This document shows, in pieces, positions 17,278 through 25,591 of a stretch of 29,287 bases of DNA; the first letter of the stretch is position 1; every line of letters starts with the position of its first letter. Below the pieces are notes generated by a model that was not told the DNA's origin, did no database searches, and worked only from the letters and a program-made list of their open reading frames with translations. The stretch is from Candidatus Methylomirabilota bacterium (GTDB lineage: Bacteria > Methylomirabilota > Methylomirabilia > Rokubacteriales > CSP1-6), in contig DASSLH010000336.1 in assembly GCA_035689625.1 (NCBI GenBank), positions 1 through 29,287 on the forward strand. Direction: 5' to 3'. The translations under genes and the position numbers were made by a program.

Positions 17278-18051
17278 CTACGGCCGCGCCGCGCGCACCA
17301 GCGCGAGGTTTTCCTCGACCGTGTCGTGGGCGGTGATCGCCCGCAGCACGACCTCGTCGACGGCGCCCTGCCACCTGGCCAGCCCCGCCCGGATCTCCTC
17401 GGGCGTGTTGCCGGCCACCGCGGTGTCGGCGGGCTTCACGCCCATGCGGGCGAAGTGCGCGGCGTAGGCCGGGATGCTCGCGTAGCGGTCGCCCTCCTCG
17501 CCCAGCCGGGCGAGCGCGGCGGGACCGAGCGCCAGACGCACGTAGGCGTAGAGCACCGGCGGCCGGCGCCGGGCGGCGGCGGCGCCCTCCTTGACCAGCT
17601 CGGCGGAGCGGCGGGCGTACTCCGGCGTCAGCCAGTTGAACAGCACGCCGTCGGCGAGCTCGCCGGCCAGCCGGCACATCTGCGGCCCCAGCGCCGCGAC
17701 GACGACGCGCGTCTTGAGCTCCTTGCGCAGCGCGTTCACGCCGTTGCGCACGCGCTTGAGCGCATCCGGGTTGGGGCTGCCGATGCCGAGGAGCAGCCGC
17801 TCCAGCGGCAGCCGCGTGCCGCGCACGCCCTCGATGATGCTGGCGGCGTTGCGCGTGTGCAGCGGGATGACGCCGACGCCGAGGGCCACGCGGCGCGTCT
17901 CGCCGACGGCCTGGGCCAGCGCGGAGAGGCCGTCGGTCGAGCCGGGATGGTTGACCCAGAACGAGCCGTAGCCGAGCGCCTCCGCCTCGCGGGCGCAGGC
18001 GCGGATGACGTCGTGCGCGGTACCGGCAAACAGCGCGAAGCCGTGTCCCAT
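17278..18051 (-). CDS. LLM class (luciferase-like) flavin-dependent oxidoreductase, short form, 257 aa
   Basis: ATG at 18051. AREAEALGYGSFWVNH, TRRVALGVGVIPL, LLLGIG and VVAALGPQMCRLAGELADGVL. Confidence 0.88.
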   Translation of the reverse strand: MGHGFALFAGTAHDVIRACAREAEALGYGSFWVNHPGSTDGLSALAQAVGETRRVALGVGVIPLHTRNAASIIEGVRGTRLPLERLLLGIGSPNPDALKRVRNGVNALRKELKTRVVVAALGPQMCRLAGELADGVLFNWLTPEYARRSAELVKEGAAAARRRPPVLYAYVRLALGPAALARLGEEGDRYASIPAYAAHFARMGVKPADTAVAGNTPEEIRAGLARWQGAVDEVVLRAITAHDTVEENLALVRAARP

Positions 18052-18085
18052 GGCAGGTCCCCTCGTGCGGTCGAGTTCGGGCGAC

Positions 18086-18094
18086 ACCGTATCA
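18086..18094 (-). promoter_or_regulatory. Putative extended -10 (TG-A-TACGGT) for the LLM gene
   Basis: Minus strand reads TGATACGGT about 35 nt upstream of ATG 18051. Confidence 0.35.
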
Positions 18095-18134
18095 CGACTT
18101 GCGCTGAACGCCGGGCCGAGATACAAGGTCCGTC

Positions 18135-18923
18135 ATGACTGACAAGCTCCTCCTGCAGAAGGACGGCCCCATCGGCTGGATCGTCTTCAACCAGCCCGAG
18201 AAGCGCAACGCGGTGAGCCAGGAGATGTGGGAGGCCATGCCCGGCTACGTGCATGACCTGACCACCGACGACCGCATCCGGGTCGTCGTCCTGCGCGGGG
18301 CCGGCGACGCGGCGTTCGTGTCCGGCGCCGACATCTCGCAGTTCAAGGACAAGCGCAAGAACATGGCCGACGAGGAGGAGTACCGCAAGATCTCCGCGCG
18401 CGGCCAGGACGCGCTCGGCCACCTGACCAAGCCGCTGCTGGCGATGATCCACGGCTACTGCGTGGGCGGCGGGCTCAGCATCGCCATCGGCTGCGACCTG
18501 CGCCTGTGCTCCGACGACGCGCGCTTCGGTGTGCCGGCCGCCCGCCTGGGCCTCGGCTACCACTACCACGGCATGGAGAAGCTCATGCGGCTGGTGGGGC
18601 CGGCCTACACGAAGGAGATCTTCTTCACCGCCCGCACCGACTTCAGCGCGCAGGACGCCTGGCGCATGGGGCTGGTCAACCAGGTGGTGCCCAAGGCGGA
18701 GCTGGAGAGCTTCACGCGCGCGTACGCGGAGACGATGGCGCGCAACGCGCCGCTCACCCTGCGCTCGGCCAAGGCCTCGGTGGACCAGCTCGTGAAGGCG
18801 CCGGCCGAGCGCGACCTGGCGCTGCTCGACAAGCTCATCGCCGACTGCTTCAACAGCCAGGACTACCAGGAAGGCGTCAAGGCCTTCTCGGAGAAGCGGC
18901 GCCCGCAGTTCCAGGGCCGCTGA
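18135..18923 (+). CDS. Enoyl-CoA hydratase/isomerase (crotonase) family protein, 262 aa
   Basis: IVFNQPEKRNAV, AFVSGADISQF, KPLLAMIHGYCVGGG, CDLRLCSDDARFGVPAARLGL and DYQEGVKAFSEKRRPQFQGR. Confidence 0.95.
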   Translation: MTDKLLLQKDGPIGWIVFNQPEKRNAVSQEMWEAMPGYVHDLTTDDRIRVVVLRGAGDAAFVSGADISQFKDKRKNMADEEEYRKISARGQDALGHLTKPLLAMIHGYCVGGGLSIAIGCDLRLCSDDARFGVPAARLGLGYHYHGMEKLMRLVGPAYTKEIFFTARTDFSAQDAWRMGLVNQVVPKAELESFTRAYAETMARNAPLTLRSAKASVDQLVKAPAERDLALLDKLIADCFNSQDYQEGVKAFSEKRRPQFQGR

Positions 18924-20134
18924 CGCCCGCGGCGCGCGCCGGCCGCGCGCGGATCCTCGCCTGGGTCTGCGCGCTCATCGCCATCAACCAGCTCGGCTTC
19001 GGGGCCGTCGTGGCCGTGCTGGCGCTCTACGCGCGCTCCTTCGGCGTCAGCCAGTCGGCGATCGGGCTGGCCATCGGCGTGTACGGCCTGGCGCGGTTCC
19101 TGGTCGCGATGCCGGCCGGCTCGCTGGCCGACCGCGCCGGCCGCCGCCCCGCGCTGGCGCTCGGCGGCCTCGTCACCGGCGCCGGCAACCTCGTGTGCGC
19201 GTGGGCGCCGACGTTCACCGTCTTCATCGCCGGGCGCTTCGTGGCCGGCGCCGGCGCCGCGCTCGTCCTGATCACCGGCACCGTGGTCCTCGCCGACATC
19301 ACGACGCCGGCCGACCGCGGCCGCACGATGGCGATCTACCAGGGCGTGTTCCTGTTCGCCGTCGGCGTGGGCCCTGTCCCCGGCGGCATCCTGGCCGAGC
19401 GGCTCGGGCTCGTCGCGCCGTTCGTCGTCTACGCGGTCGCCGGCACGGTCGCGGCGGTGCTGGCGTGGTTCTTCATCCCGGAGACGCGCCGGCACGGCGG
19501 CGGCGCCAGCGCCGAGGCGGCGGCCGCCCTGCCGGCCTTCGGCAGCCAGGTGCGCCTGCTCACCGCGCAGATCGGCTTCACGCTGGTGAGCTGCATCAGC
19601 TTCGTGAGCGCGTTCGCGCGCACCGGGGCGCTGTTCAACGTCATCCCGGTGCTCGCCCAGGACCGGCTCGGCCTCAATCCCGAGCGCATCGGCGTGGGCC
19701 TGGGGCTGGCCAGTCTCGTCGGGCTGGCGCTGATCTATCCCTCCGGCATGCTGGTGGACCGCTACGGGCGCAAGCCGGTGATCGTGCCGGCCACGGTCGT
19801 GTCCGGCGTATCGCTGGTGATGTTCCTGCTGATGCCGAGCTACGGCTGGTACCTGGCCGCCTGCGTGGTGTGGAGCGTGGCGGTCGGCGTGAGCGGCGCG
19901 GCGCCGGCGGCCTACGCCGCCGACGTCGCGCCGCCCGGCATGAACGCGGCGGCGATGAGCACCTATCGCATGCTGGCCGACCTCGGCTACGTGATCGGCC
20001 CCATCGCGCTCGGCCTGCTCACCGACGGCCTCGGCGCCAACGTCGCGCTGGCGACGGCCGCCGCGCTGCTGGTGACCGTCGCCGCGCTCTTCGCCTGCCT
20101 CGCCCCCGAGACGTTCCGGGCGCGGGGCGTGTGA
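18920..20134 (+). CDS. MFS transporter, about 404 aa, probable CTG start
   Basis: C-terminal part of track ORF 18506..20134. Motif A in both halves (GSLADRAGRR, GMLVDRYGRK), plus DRGRTMAIY and GYVIGPIALG. The first in-frame GTG (19010) would cut TM1. CTG at 18920 overlaps the hydratase TGA. Confidence 0.85.
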   Translation: MTPAARAGRARILAWVCALIAINQLGFGAVVAVLALYARSFGVSQSAIGLAIGVYGLARFLVAMPAGSLADRAGRRPALALGGLVTGAGNLVCAWAPTFTVFIAGRFVAGAGAALVLITGTVVLADITTPADRGRTMAIYQGVFLFAVGVGPVPGGILAERLGLVAPFVVYAVAGTVAAVLAWFFIPETRRHGGGASAEAAAALPAFGSQVRLLTAQIGFTLVSCISFVSAFARTGALFNVIPVLAQDRLGLNPERIGVGLGLASLVGLALIYPSGMLVDRYGRKPVIVPATVVSGVSLVMFLLMPSYGWYLAACVVWSVAVGVSGAAPAAYAADVAPPGMNAAAMSTYRMLADLGYVIGPIALGLLTDGLGANVALATAAALLVTVAALFACLAPETFRARGV

Positions 20135-20135
20135 C

Positions 20136-20753
20136 TCACTGCAGCGGTGACCAGCTGGCCGGCAGCACGATCTTGTTCTGCTGCGTGATGAGGCGATCGG
20201 CGCCGCCCGGCGGCGGCCACACGCCCTTCTTGCGCGCCTCGTCACGGACCTGCATGCGCTGGTCCATGCTCTTGTACGCCCAGATGTGCACGAAGCCGTT
20301 GGCCTTGCCGAACTCCACGCCGCCGGCCAGGACCACCGGCGAGAGCTTCATGCGCTCGGGCAGCTTGGCCTCCCAGCCCTTGGCGGTGTCCGGCAGCGTG
20401 CCGGGCTTGAGCGTGTAGTAGCGGATCTCGAAGATCGGGCCCATCGTGCCCGGGCGCGGCGCCGGCACGAACGGGAACGCGTTGACGATCTCCGAGCGCA
20501 TCTTGCGGATGAACTCGCCGATCTTCGGCGGCCAGTTGGCGTCCTTGGCCGCCTCGGCGCGGATCTTGGCGCGCTCGGCGAGGTCCTGGTAGCCCCAGAC
20601 GTGGATGATCTCGTTCAGCGGCCCGACCTCGGTGTGCCAGAAGGCGGTGATCGGCGAGTACTTCTTGCGGTACTCGTACGCCTCGCCGAAGCGCTTCTCC
20701 ACCTCGGCCAGGCTGCCGGGAGCGATCTGGTAGGTCCGGATTTCGTAGATCAC
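20136..20753 (-). CDS. NIPSNAP family protein with two tandem domains, 205 aa
   Basis: GTG with an AAAGGAG SD. Two similar halves: IYEIRTYQIAPG...VGPLNEIIHVWGYQDLAERAKIR and IFEIRYYTLKPG...FVHIWAYKSMDQRMQVR. Confidence 0.9.
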   Translation of the reverse strand: MIYEIRTYQIAPGSLAEVEKRFGEAYEYRKKYSPITAFWHTEVGPLNEIIHVWGYQDLAERAKIRAEAAKDANWPPKIGEFIRKMRSEIVNAFPFVPAPRPGTMGPIFEIRYYTLKPGTLPDTAKGWEAKLPERMKLSPVVLAGGVEFGKANGFVHIWAYKSMDQRMQVRDEARKKGVWPPPGGADRLITQQNKIVLPASWSPLQ

Positions 20754-20837
20754 GCTGGACTCCTTTCGGCGGTGCGCGGGTTCGAGCGCGTAGTACTATG
20801 CCTCACGCCCCGTCCGGGCGCCACCTCGGGAGGACCC

Positions 20838-22442
20838 ATGACGCTTCGCCCGCGTGTCACGCTCGCGCTGCTGGCCGTCGTCGTCCTCCTGGCCGCCGGC
20901 GGGCCCGCCGCCGGCCAGGCGCCCCGGCGCGGCGGCATCCTCAACGCGATGCTGGTGGAGACGCCGCCGGGCTTCTCCATCCACGAGTCGGCGACGGTCA
21001 CCGGGGTATGGCCGGTCATGCCGTGCTATTCCAACCTGGTGCTGTTCGACCCGCTCAAGCCCTACGAGAGCGCCGACACCGTCATCCCCGAGCTGGCCGA
21101 GCGCTGGTCGTGGCAGGACAACTACCGCAACCTCGTCTTCTTCCTGCGGCACGGGGTGAAGTGGCACGACGGCCAGCCGTTCACGGCCAAGGACGTGAAG
21201 TACACGTTCGACGTCGTGCGCGAGGCGCCCGACGCGCCAGCGAAGCTGCGCCTGTCGCCGCGCAAGGAGTGGTACGCCAACGTCGAGGCCATCGAGACGC
21301 CCGACGCCTTCACGGTGATCTTCCGCCTGCACCGGCCACAGCCCTCGCTGCTCCTCATGCTGGCCTCCGGCTACTCGCCGGTGTACCCGGCCCACGTGCC
21401 GCTCAACGACCTGCGCCAGAAGTGCGTCGGCACCGGGCCGTTCCGGCTCAAGGAGTACGCGCGCGGCACGCTGATCGAGCTGGAGCGCAACCCCGACTAC
21501 TTCGTGCCGGGCCGCCCCTACCTCGAGGGCATCCGCTATCCGATCATCACCGAGCGCGGCACGCGGCTGGCCGCGCTGCAGACCGGGCGGCTCGACGTGT
21601 CCATGCCGCTCGAGATGACGAAGACGATGGCCGAGACGCTCAAGCAGAACGCGCCGTCGCTGGTGATCACCGAGATCGGCCAGAACGGCAGCGATAACGT
21701 GGTCCTCAACCACAAGCGGGCGCCGTTCGATAACCACACCGTGCGCCGCGTCGTCAACCTGGCGCTCGATCGCTACGCCTACGTCAAGGGCGTGCGCCAC
21801 GGCGGCGCCGTCGTCGGCGCCGCGCTGATGCCGCGCCCGGCCGGCGCCTGGGGGCTGCTGGAGAAGGACCTGAGAACGCTTCCCGGCTACCGCAGCTCCG
21901 TCCGCGACAAGGCGCGGGCGCGCGAGCTGCTGGCCGGCGCCGGCTACGGGCCCGGCAAGCCGCTGCGCATCGAGCTGGTGACGCGCGCATTCGCGATCTA
22001 CACCGATCTCGCCTCCTTCGTCGCCGACCAGCTGCGCCAGGTCGGCGTCGAGGCGGCGGTGCGGCAGGTCGAGACCGCCCAGTACTTCCCGATGCTGGCC
22101 CGGCGCGATTACCAGATCGGCGCCAACCTCACCGCCTCCGGCATCGACGATCCCGACGGCTTCTTCTTCGAGAACTACAAGTGCGGCGCCTCGCGCAACT
22201 ACACCGACTACTGCGACGAGGCCGTGGACAAGCTCATCGACGCCCAGTCGCAGGAGCTGGATCGCGCCCGGCGCCTGGTCCTGGCCTGGGAGATCCAGCG
22301 CAAGCTGGAGGCCGCCGTCGCCCGGCCGATGCTCGGCTGGCGCAACGAGTACTTCACGCGGGCGCCGTACGTGAAGAACCTCGTGCCGCACAACACGCTG
22401 TACAACTACGGCCGCATGCAAGAGGTCTGGCTCGACAAGTGA
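20838..22442 (+). CDS. ABC transporter substrate-binding protein, family 5, 534 aa; paralog of 2279..3871
   Basis: ATG at 20838 with a GGGAGG SD, inside track ORF 20286..22442. PELAERW...FLRHGVKWHDGQPFTAKDVKYTF and VGTGPFRL. Confidence 0.94.
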   Translation: MTLRPRVTLALLAVVVLLAAGGPAAGQAPRRGGILNAMLVETPPGFSIHESATVTGVWPVMPCYSNLVLFDPLKPYESADTVIPELAERWSWQDNYRNLVFFLRHGVKWHDGQPFTAKDVKYTFDVVREAPDAPAKLRLSPRKEWYANVEAIETPDAFTVIFRLHRPQPSLLLMLASGYSPVYPAHVPLNDLRQKCVGTGPFRLKEYARGTLIELERNPDYFVPGRPYLEGIRYPIITERGTRLAALQTGRLDVSMPLEMTKTMAETLKQNAPSLVITEIGQNGSDNVVLNHKRAPFDNHTVRRVVNLALDRYAYVKGVRHGGAVVGAALMPRPAGAWGLLEKDLRTLPGYRSSVRDKARARELLAGAGYGPGKPLRIELVTRAFAIYTDLASFVADQLRQVGVEAAVRQVETAQYFPMLARRDYQIGANLTASGIDDPDGFFFENYKCGASRNYTDYCDEAVDKLIDAQSQELDRARRLVLAWEIQRKLEAAVARPMLGWRNEYFTRAPYVKNLVPHNTLYNYGRMQEVWLDK

Positions 22443-22465
22443 TCACGCCCACGGGAGGTGTCCCC

Positions 22466-23995
22466 ATGCGTCCTCGCCTCGCGCTGCTCGTCCTGGCGCT
22501 CCTCATCGCCGCGGCCCTGCCCGCCCCGGCGCCGGCAGCACCGCCGCCCGACACGCTGGTGATCGGCCTGCACGTCACGCTGGCCACGCGCTGGCTCGAT
22601 CCCGCCCAGACCGAGGCGCTCATCACGCCGTTCATGATGCTGTACGCCATCCACGACGCGCTCACCAAGCCGATGCCGGGCAAGCTCATCACGCCGAGCC
22701 TGGCCGAGTCGTGGTCGGAGTCCAAGGACGGGCTGTCCTACGACTTCAAGATCCGCAAGGGCGTGAAGTTCCACAACGGCGATCCCGTCACCGCGGAAGA
22801 CGTGAAGTTCACGTTCGAGCGCTACCGGGGCGCCTCGGCCAAGCTGCTCAAGGACCGGGTGAAGGAGATCCAGGTCCTGGCGCCCGACCACGTGCGCTTC
22901 GTGCTCAAGGCCCCGTGGCCGGACTTCATGGCGTTCTACGGCACCTCGGCCACCGGCGCGGCCTGGATCGTGCCGAAGAAGTACATCGAGAAGGTCGGGG
23001 AGGACGCCTACCAGAAGGCGCCGGTCGGGGCCGGGCCGTACAAGGTCGTCTCGGTCAGCCCGGGCAACGAGCTGCGGCTGGAGGCCTTCGACGGCTACTG
23101 GCGCAAGAAGCCGGCGGTGAAGCACCTCATCATGCGCAGCATCCCCGACGAGTCCACGCGCGCGGTGGCCGTGAAGACCGGCGAGGTGGACATTGCCTAC
23201 CTCTTCGGCGGGCCGGTGGCCCAGGAGCTCAAGGGCTCGCCGGGCGTCACGCTGAAGGCGCCGCTGCTGTACGGCATGTACTGGCTCGACTTCCTCGACC
23301 AGTGGAACCCGAAGTCGCCCTGGCACGACCGGCGCGTGCGGCTGGCGGCCAGCCTGGCCATCGATCGCGAGGCGATCAACCAGGCCGAGATGCTCGGGCT
23401 CGGCAAGCCGACCGGCGCGTTCGTGCCGCCGGAGTTCGACTTCGCGCTGAAGGTGGACCCGCCCGCCTACGATCCCAAGCGCGCCAAGCAGCTGCTGGCG
23501 GAGGCCGGCTATCCGAACGGCTTCGAGGCCGGCGACCTCACCCCGCTGCCCCCGTACAACTCGCTGGCCGAGGAGGTCGGCAACTTCCTGGGCGAGATCG
23601 GCATCCGGGCCAGCGTGCGCAGCATGGAGCGCGCCACGTTCCTCACCAACTGGCACGACAAGAAGCTGCACGGGCTGCTGATCGGCGCCACCGGCGCCGC
23701 CGGCAACGCGGCCTCCCGCCTGGAGCCGTTCTTCACCAAGAACGGCATCTACGCCTACGGCTCGCTGCCCGAGATGGACGATCTCTTCCAGCAGCAGGCC
23801 CGGGAGCTCGACCGCGGCAAGCGGGAGGCGATCCTGCACAAGATGCAGCAGCTCGTCACCGACCAGGTGCTGGCGGCGCCGATCTTCCAGCAGGGCTTCA
23901 TCTGCGGCGTCGGCCCGCGCGTGGCCGAGTCGGCGCTGGGCCTGATCCAGGGCTTCCCGTACGTCGGCCCGCCGGAGGACCTCAGGCTGAAGTGA
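22466..23995 (+). CDS. ABC transporter substrate-binding protein, family 5, 509 aa
   Basis: ATG at 22466 with a GGGAGG SD, inside track ORF 22181..23995. Signal peptide, PSLAESW...FKIRKGVKFHNGDPVTAEDVKFTF, PVGAGPYK and YDPKRAKQLLAEAGYPNGF. Confidence 0.94.
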   Translation: MRPRLALLVLALLIAAALPAPAPAAPPPDTLVIGLHVTLATRWLDPAQTEALITPFMMLYAIHDALTKPMPGKLITPSLAESWSESKDGLSYDFKIRKGVKFHNGDPVTAEDVKFTFERYRGASAKLLKDRVKEIQVLAPDHVRFVLKAPWPDFMAFYGTSATGAAWIVPKKYIEKVGEDAYQKAPVGAGPYKVVSVSPGNELRLEAFDGYWRKKPAVKHLIMRSIPDESTRAVAVKTGEVDIAYLFGGPVAQELKGSPGVTLKAPLLYGMYWLDFLDQWNPKSPWHDRRVRLAASLAIDREAINQAEMLGLGKPTGAFVPPEFDFALKVDPPAYDPKRAKQLLAEAGYPNGFEAGDLTPLPPYNSLAEEVGNFLGEIGIRASVRSMERATFLTNWHDKKLHGLLIGATGAAGNAASRLEPFFTKNGIYAYGSLPEMDDLFQQQARELDRGKREAILHKMQQLVTDQVLAAPIFQQGFICGVGPRVAESALGLIQGFPYVGPPEDLRLK

Positions 23996-23996
23996 C

Positions 23997-24458
23997 GTGG
24001 CGCCGGCCGGCGCCGTCGTGCTCGTCGCACGGCTGACGGCGGCACCGGCCGGCCCGCTCGGCGATCTGCTCGCCAAGAGCGAGCGCGAAGGCCTGCGCTT
24101 GGTGCGCCGGCTCGTGGACGAGTGGGCTGGCGGCGTCACGCGCTTCGACGGGCCGGGCGAGGCGCTGTTCGTGGCGCGCGAGGGCGAAGCGGTCGTGGGC
24201 GTCTGCGGGCTGAGCGTCGATCCCTACGCCGGGCGGCCCGAGGTCGGCCGCGTCCGCCACCTCTATGTCATGCCGGCGCACCGCCGGCGCGCGACCGGCG
24301 AGGTCCTGGTCAACGCCGTCATCACTGCGGCGCGCGGCCGCTTCACTCGGCTGCACCTGCGTACGAACAATCCGGCCGCGGCGCGTCTCTACGAGCGGCT
24401 GGGCTTCCGGCCCACGCCCGGCGCCGCCGACCATACGCACATGCTGGCGCTCGACTAG
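23997..24458 (+). CDS. GNAT family N-acetyltransferase, 153 aa
   Basis: GTG 1 nt after the SBP stop. VVGVCGL, RVRHLYVMPAHRRRATGEVLV (AcCoA-binding motif A) and NPAAARLYERLGF. Confidence 0.88.
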   Translation: MAPAGAVVLVARLTAAPAGPLGDLLAKSEREGLRLVRRLVDEWAGGVTRFDGPGEALFVAREGEAVVGVCGLSVDPYAGRPEVGRVRHLYVMPAHRRRATGEVLVNAVITAARGRFTRLHLRTNNPAAARLYERLGFRPTPGAADHTHMLALD

Positions 24459-25579
24459 CTCATCGACAGGGCGGCGCGCGAAATGCGCAGGCCGTCGTTG
24501 GCGCGCTGCTGCCAGTCGGCCTGGTGGAACGCCTCGCTGATCTTCTCCAACGGATAGACGTGCGAGACCAGCCGGGCGAACGGAAAGCGCGTGAGGTTGC
24601 GGCGCAGGAACGTCAGCGCCTGGGCCAGCGCCCACGGCGAGTAGTTCGACGTTCCCACCAGCCGCGCGTTGCCCCGCACCAGCGCGGTGGCGTCGTAGGA
24701 GAAGACGTTGCCGGGGGCGATCGAGCCGACCTCGAGGTAGCAGCCGCCGCCACGCAGCATCCGGAGACCCTCGGGCACGACCTCCGGGTAGCCGACGAAG
24801 TCGGCGGCGACGTCGGCCCCGAAGCCGCCCGTGAGGTCCAGCACGGCCTTGATGCGCTTGTCCGGCGTCGGCAGGTCCTCGAGACTCAGCGTGTGGTCGG
24901 CGCCGAAGGCCCGCGCCAGCTCCAGGCGCGTCGCCACGCGGTCGAGCACGATGATGCGATCGGCGCCCATGTCGCGCGCGACGGCGACGGCGTTGAGGCC
25001 GAGCCCGCCGGCGCCCTGGATCACGACCGTGTCGCCCTGGCGCAGGCGTGCCTGCGTGAGACCGTAGATGACCTGGGCGAGCGCGCAGTTGGCCGGCGTG
25101 GCGACGTCGTCGGGCACCTCGTCGGGGATGCGGAACACGAAGCCGCCGGGGCGCAGGTAGTAGTAGTCGCCGTAGGCATTGTTGAAGTACGGCGGCGTGC
25201 CGGCCACGCGGTTGGGCCGCGCCTTGCGCGGGCACGACCCCATCTCGTCGCGCAGGCACACCGGACAGCGCCCGCACGGGAAGAAGTAGAGGAACGCGAC
25301 CCGATCACCCGCGGCGAGCGGCTGGCCCGACGAGTCGACGCTGACGCCAGCGCCGAGCCTGGCCACGCGCCCGCACATCTCGTGGCCGAACGTGAGGTCC
25401 TTGGGCAGCGCGCCGTAGACCTCCTTCATCTCGCCGCGCCAGATGTGCAGGTCGGACCCGCACACGCCGGCGCGCGTGAGCTTGATCACGATGGCGCCGG
25501 GCTCGGGCTCCGGCACCGGGTACTCACGCAGCTCGAAGTCGCCGCCGTAGGCCTTGAGGACCGCCACCCGTCCGGTCAT
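24455..25579 (-). CDS. Zinc-binding (medium-chain) alcohol dehydrogenase family protein, 374 aa
   Basis: Catalytic Zn motifs GVCGSDLH and GHEMCG, structural Zn motif CGRCPVCLRDEMGSC, and NAD-binding GAGGLG. Confidence 0.94.
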   Translation of the reverse strand: MTGRVAVLKAYGGDFELREYPVPEPEPGAIVIKLTRAGVCGSDLHIWRGEMKEVYGALPKDLTFGHEMCGRVARLGAGVSVDSSGQPLAAGDRVAFLYFFPCGRCPVCLRDEMGSCPRKARPNRVAGTPPYFNNAYGDYYYLRPGGFVFRIPDEVPDDVATPANCALAQVIYGLTQARLRQGDTVVIQGAGGLGLNAVAVARDMGADRIIVLDRVATRLELARAFGADHTLSLEDLPTPDKRIKAVLDLTGGFGADVAADFVGYPEVVPEGLRMLRGGGCYLEVGSIAPGNVFSYDATALVRGNARLVGTSNYSPWALAQALTFLRRNLTRFPFARLVSHVYPLEKISEAFHQADWQQRANDGLRISRAALSMS

Positions 25580-25591
25580 GTCGTCCCTCCG

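Noticed and set aside
20806-20834. Short GC hairpins (CGCCC-N5-GGGCG, CCT-CGGG-AGG) in the SBP leader as a riboswitch or terminator
   Set aside because: The stems are short, lack canonical tetraloops or a U-tract, and are expected by chance at this GC content.
3317-21404. Recent gene conversion or DNA repeat between the two SBP paralogs
   Set aside because: The identical 23-aa block has six synonymous differences in 69 nt, which indicates purifying selection rather than recent copying.
20796-24139. ORFs 20796..22421(-), 22406..24139(-) and 22711..24036(+)
   Set aside because: Antisense or alternative-frame readings of the two SBP genes.
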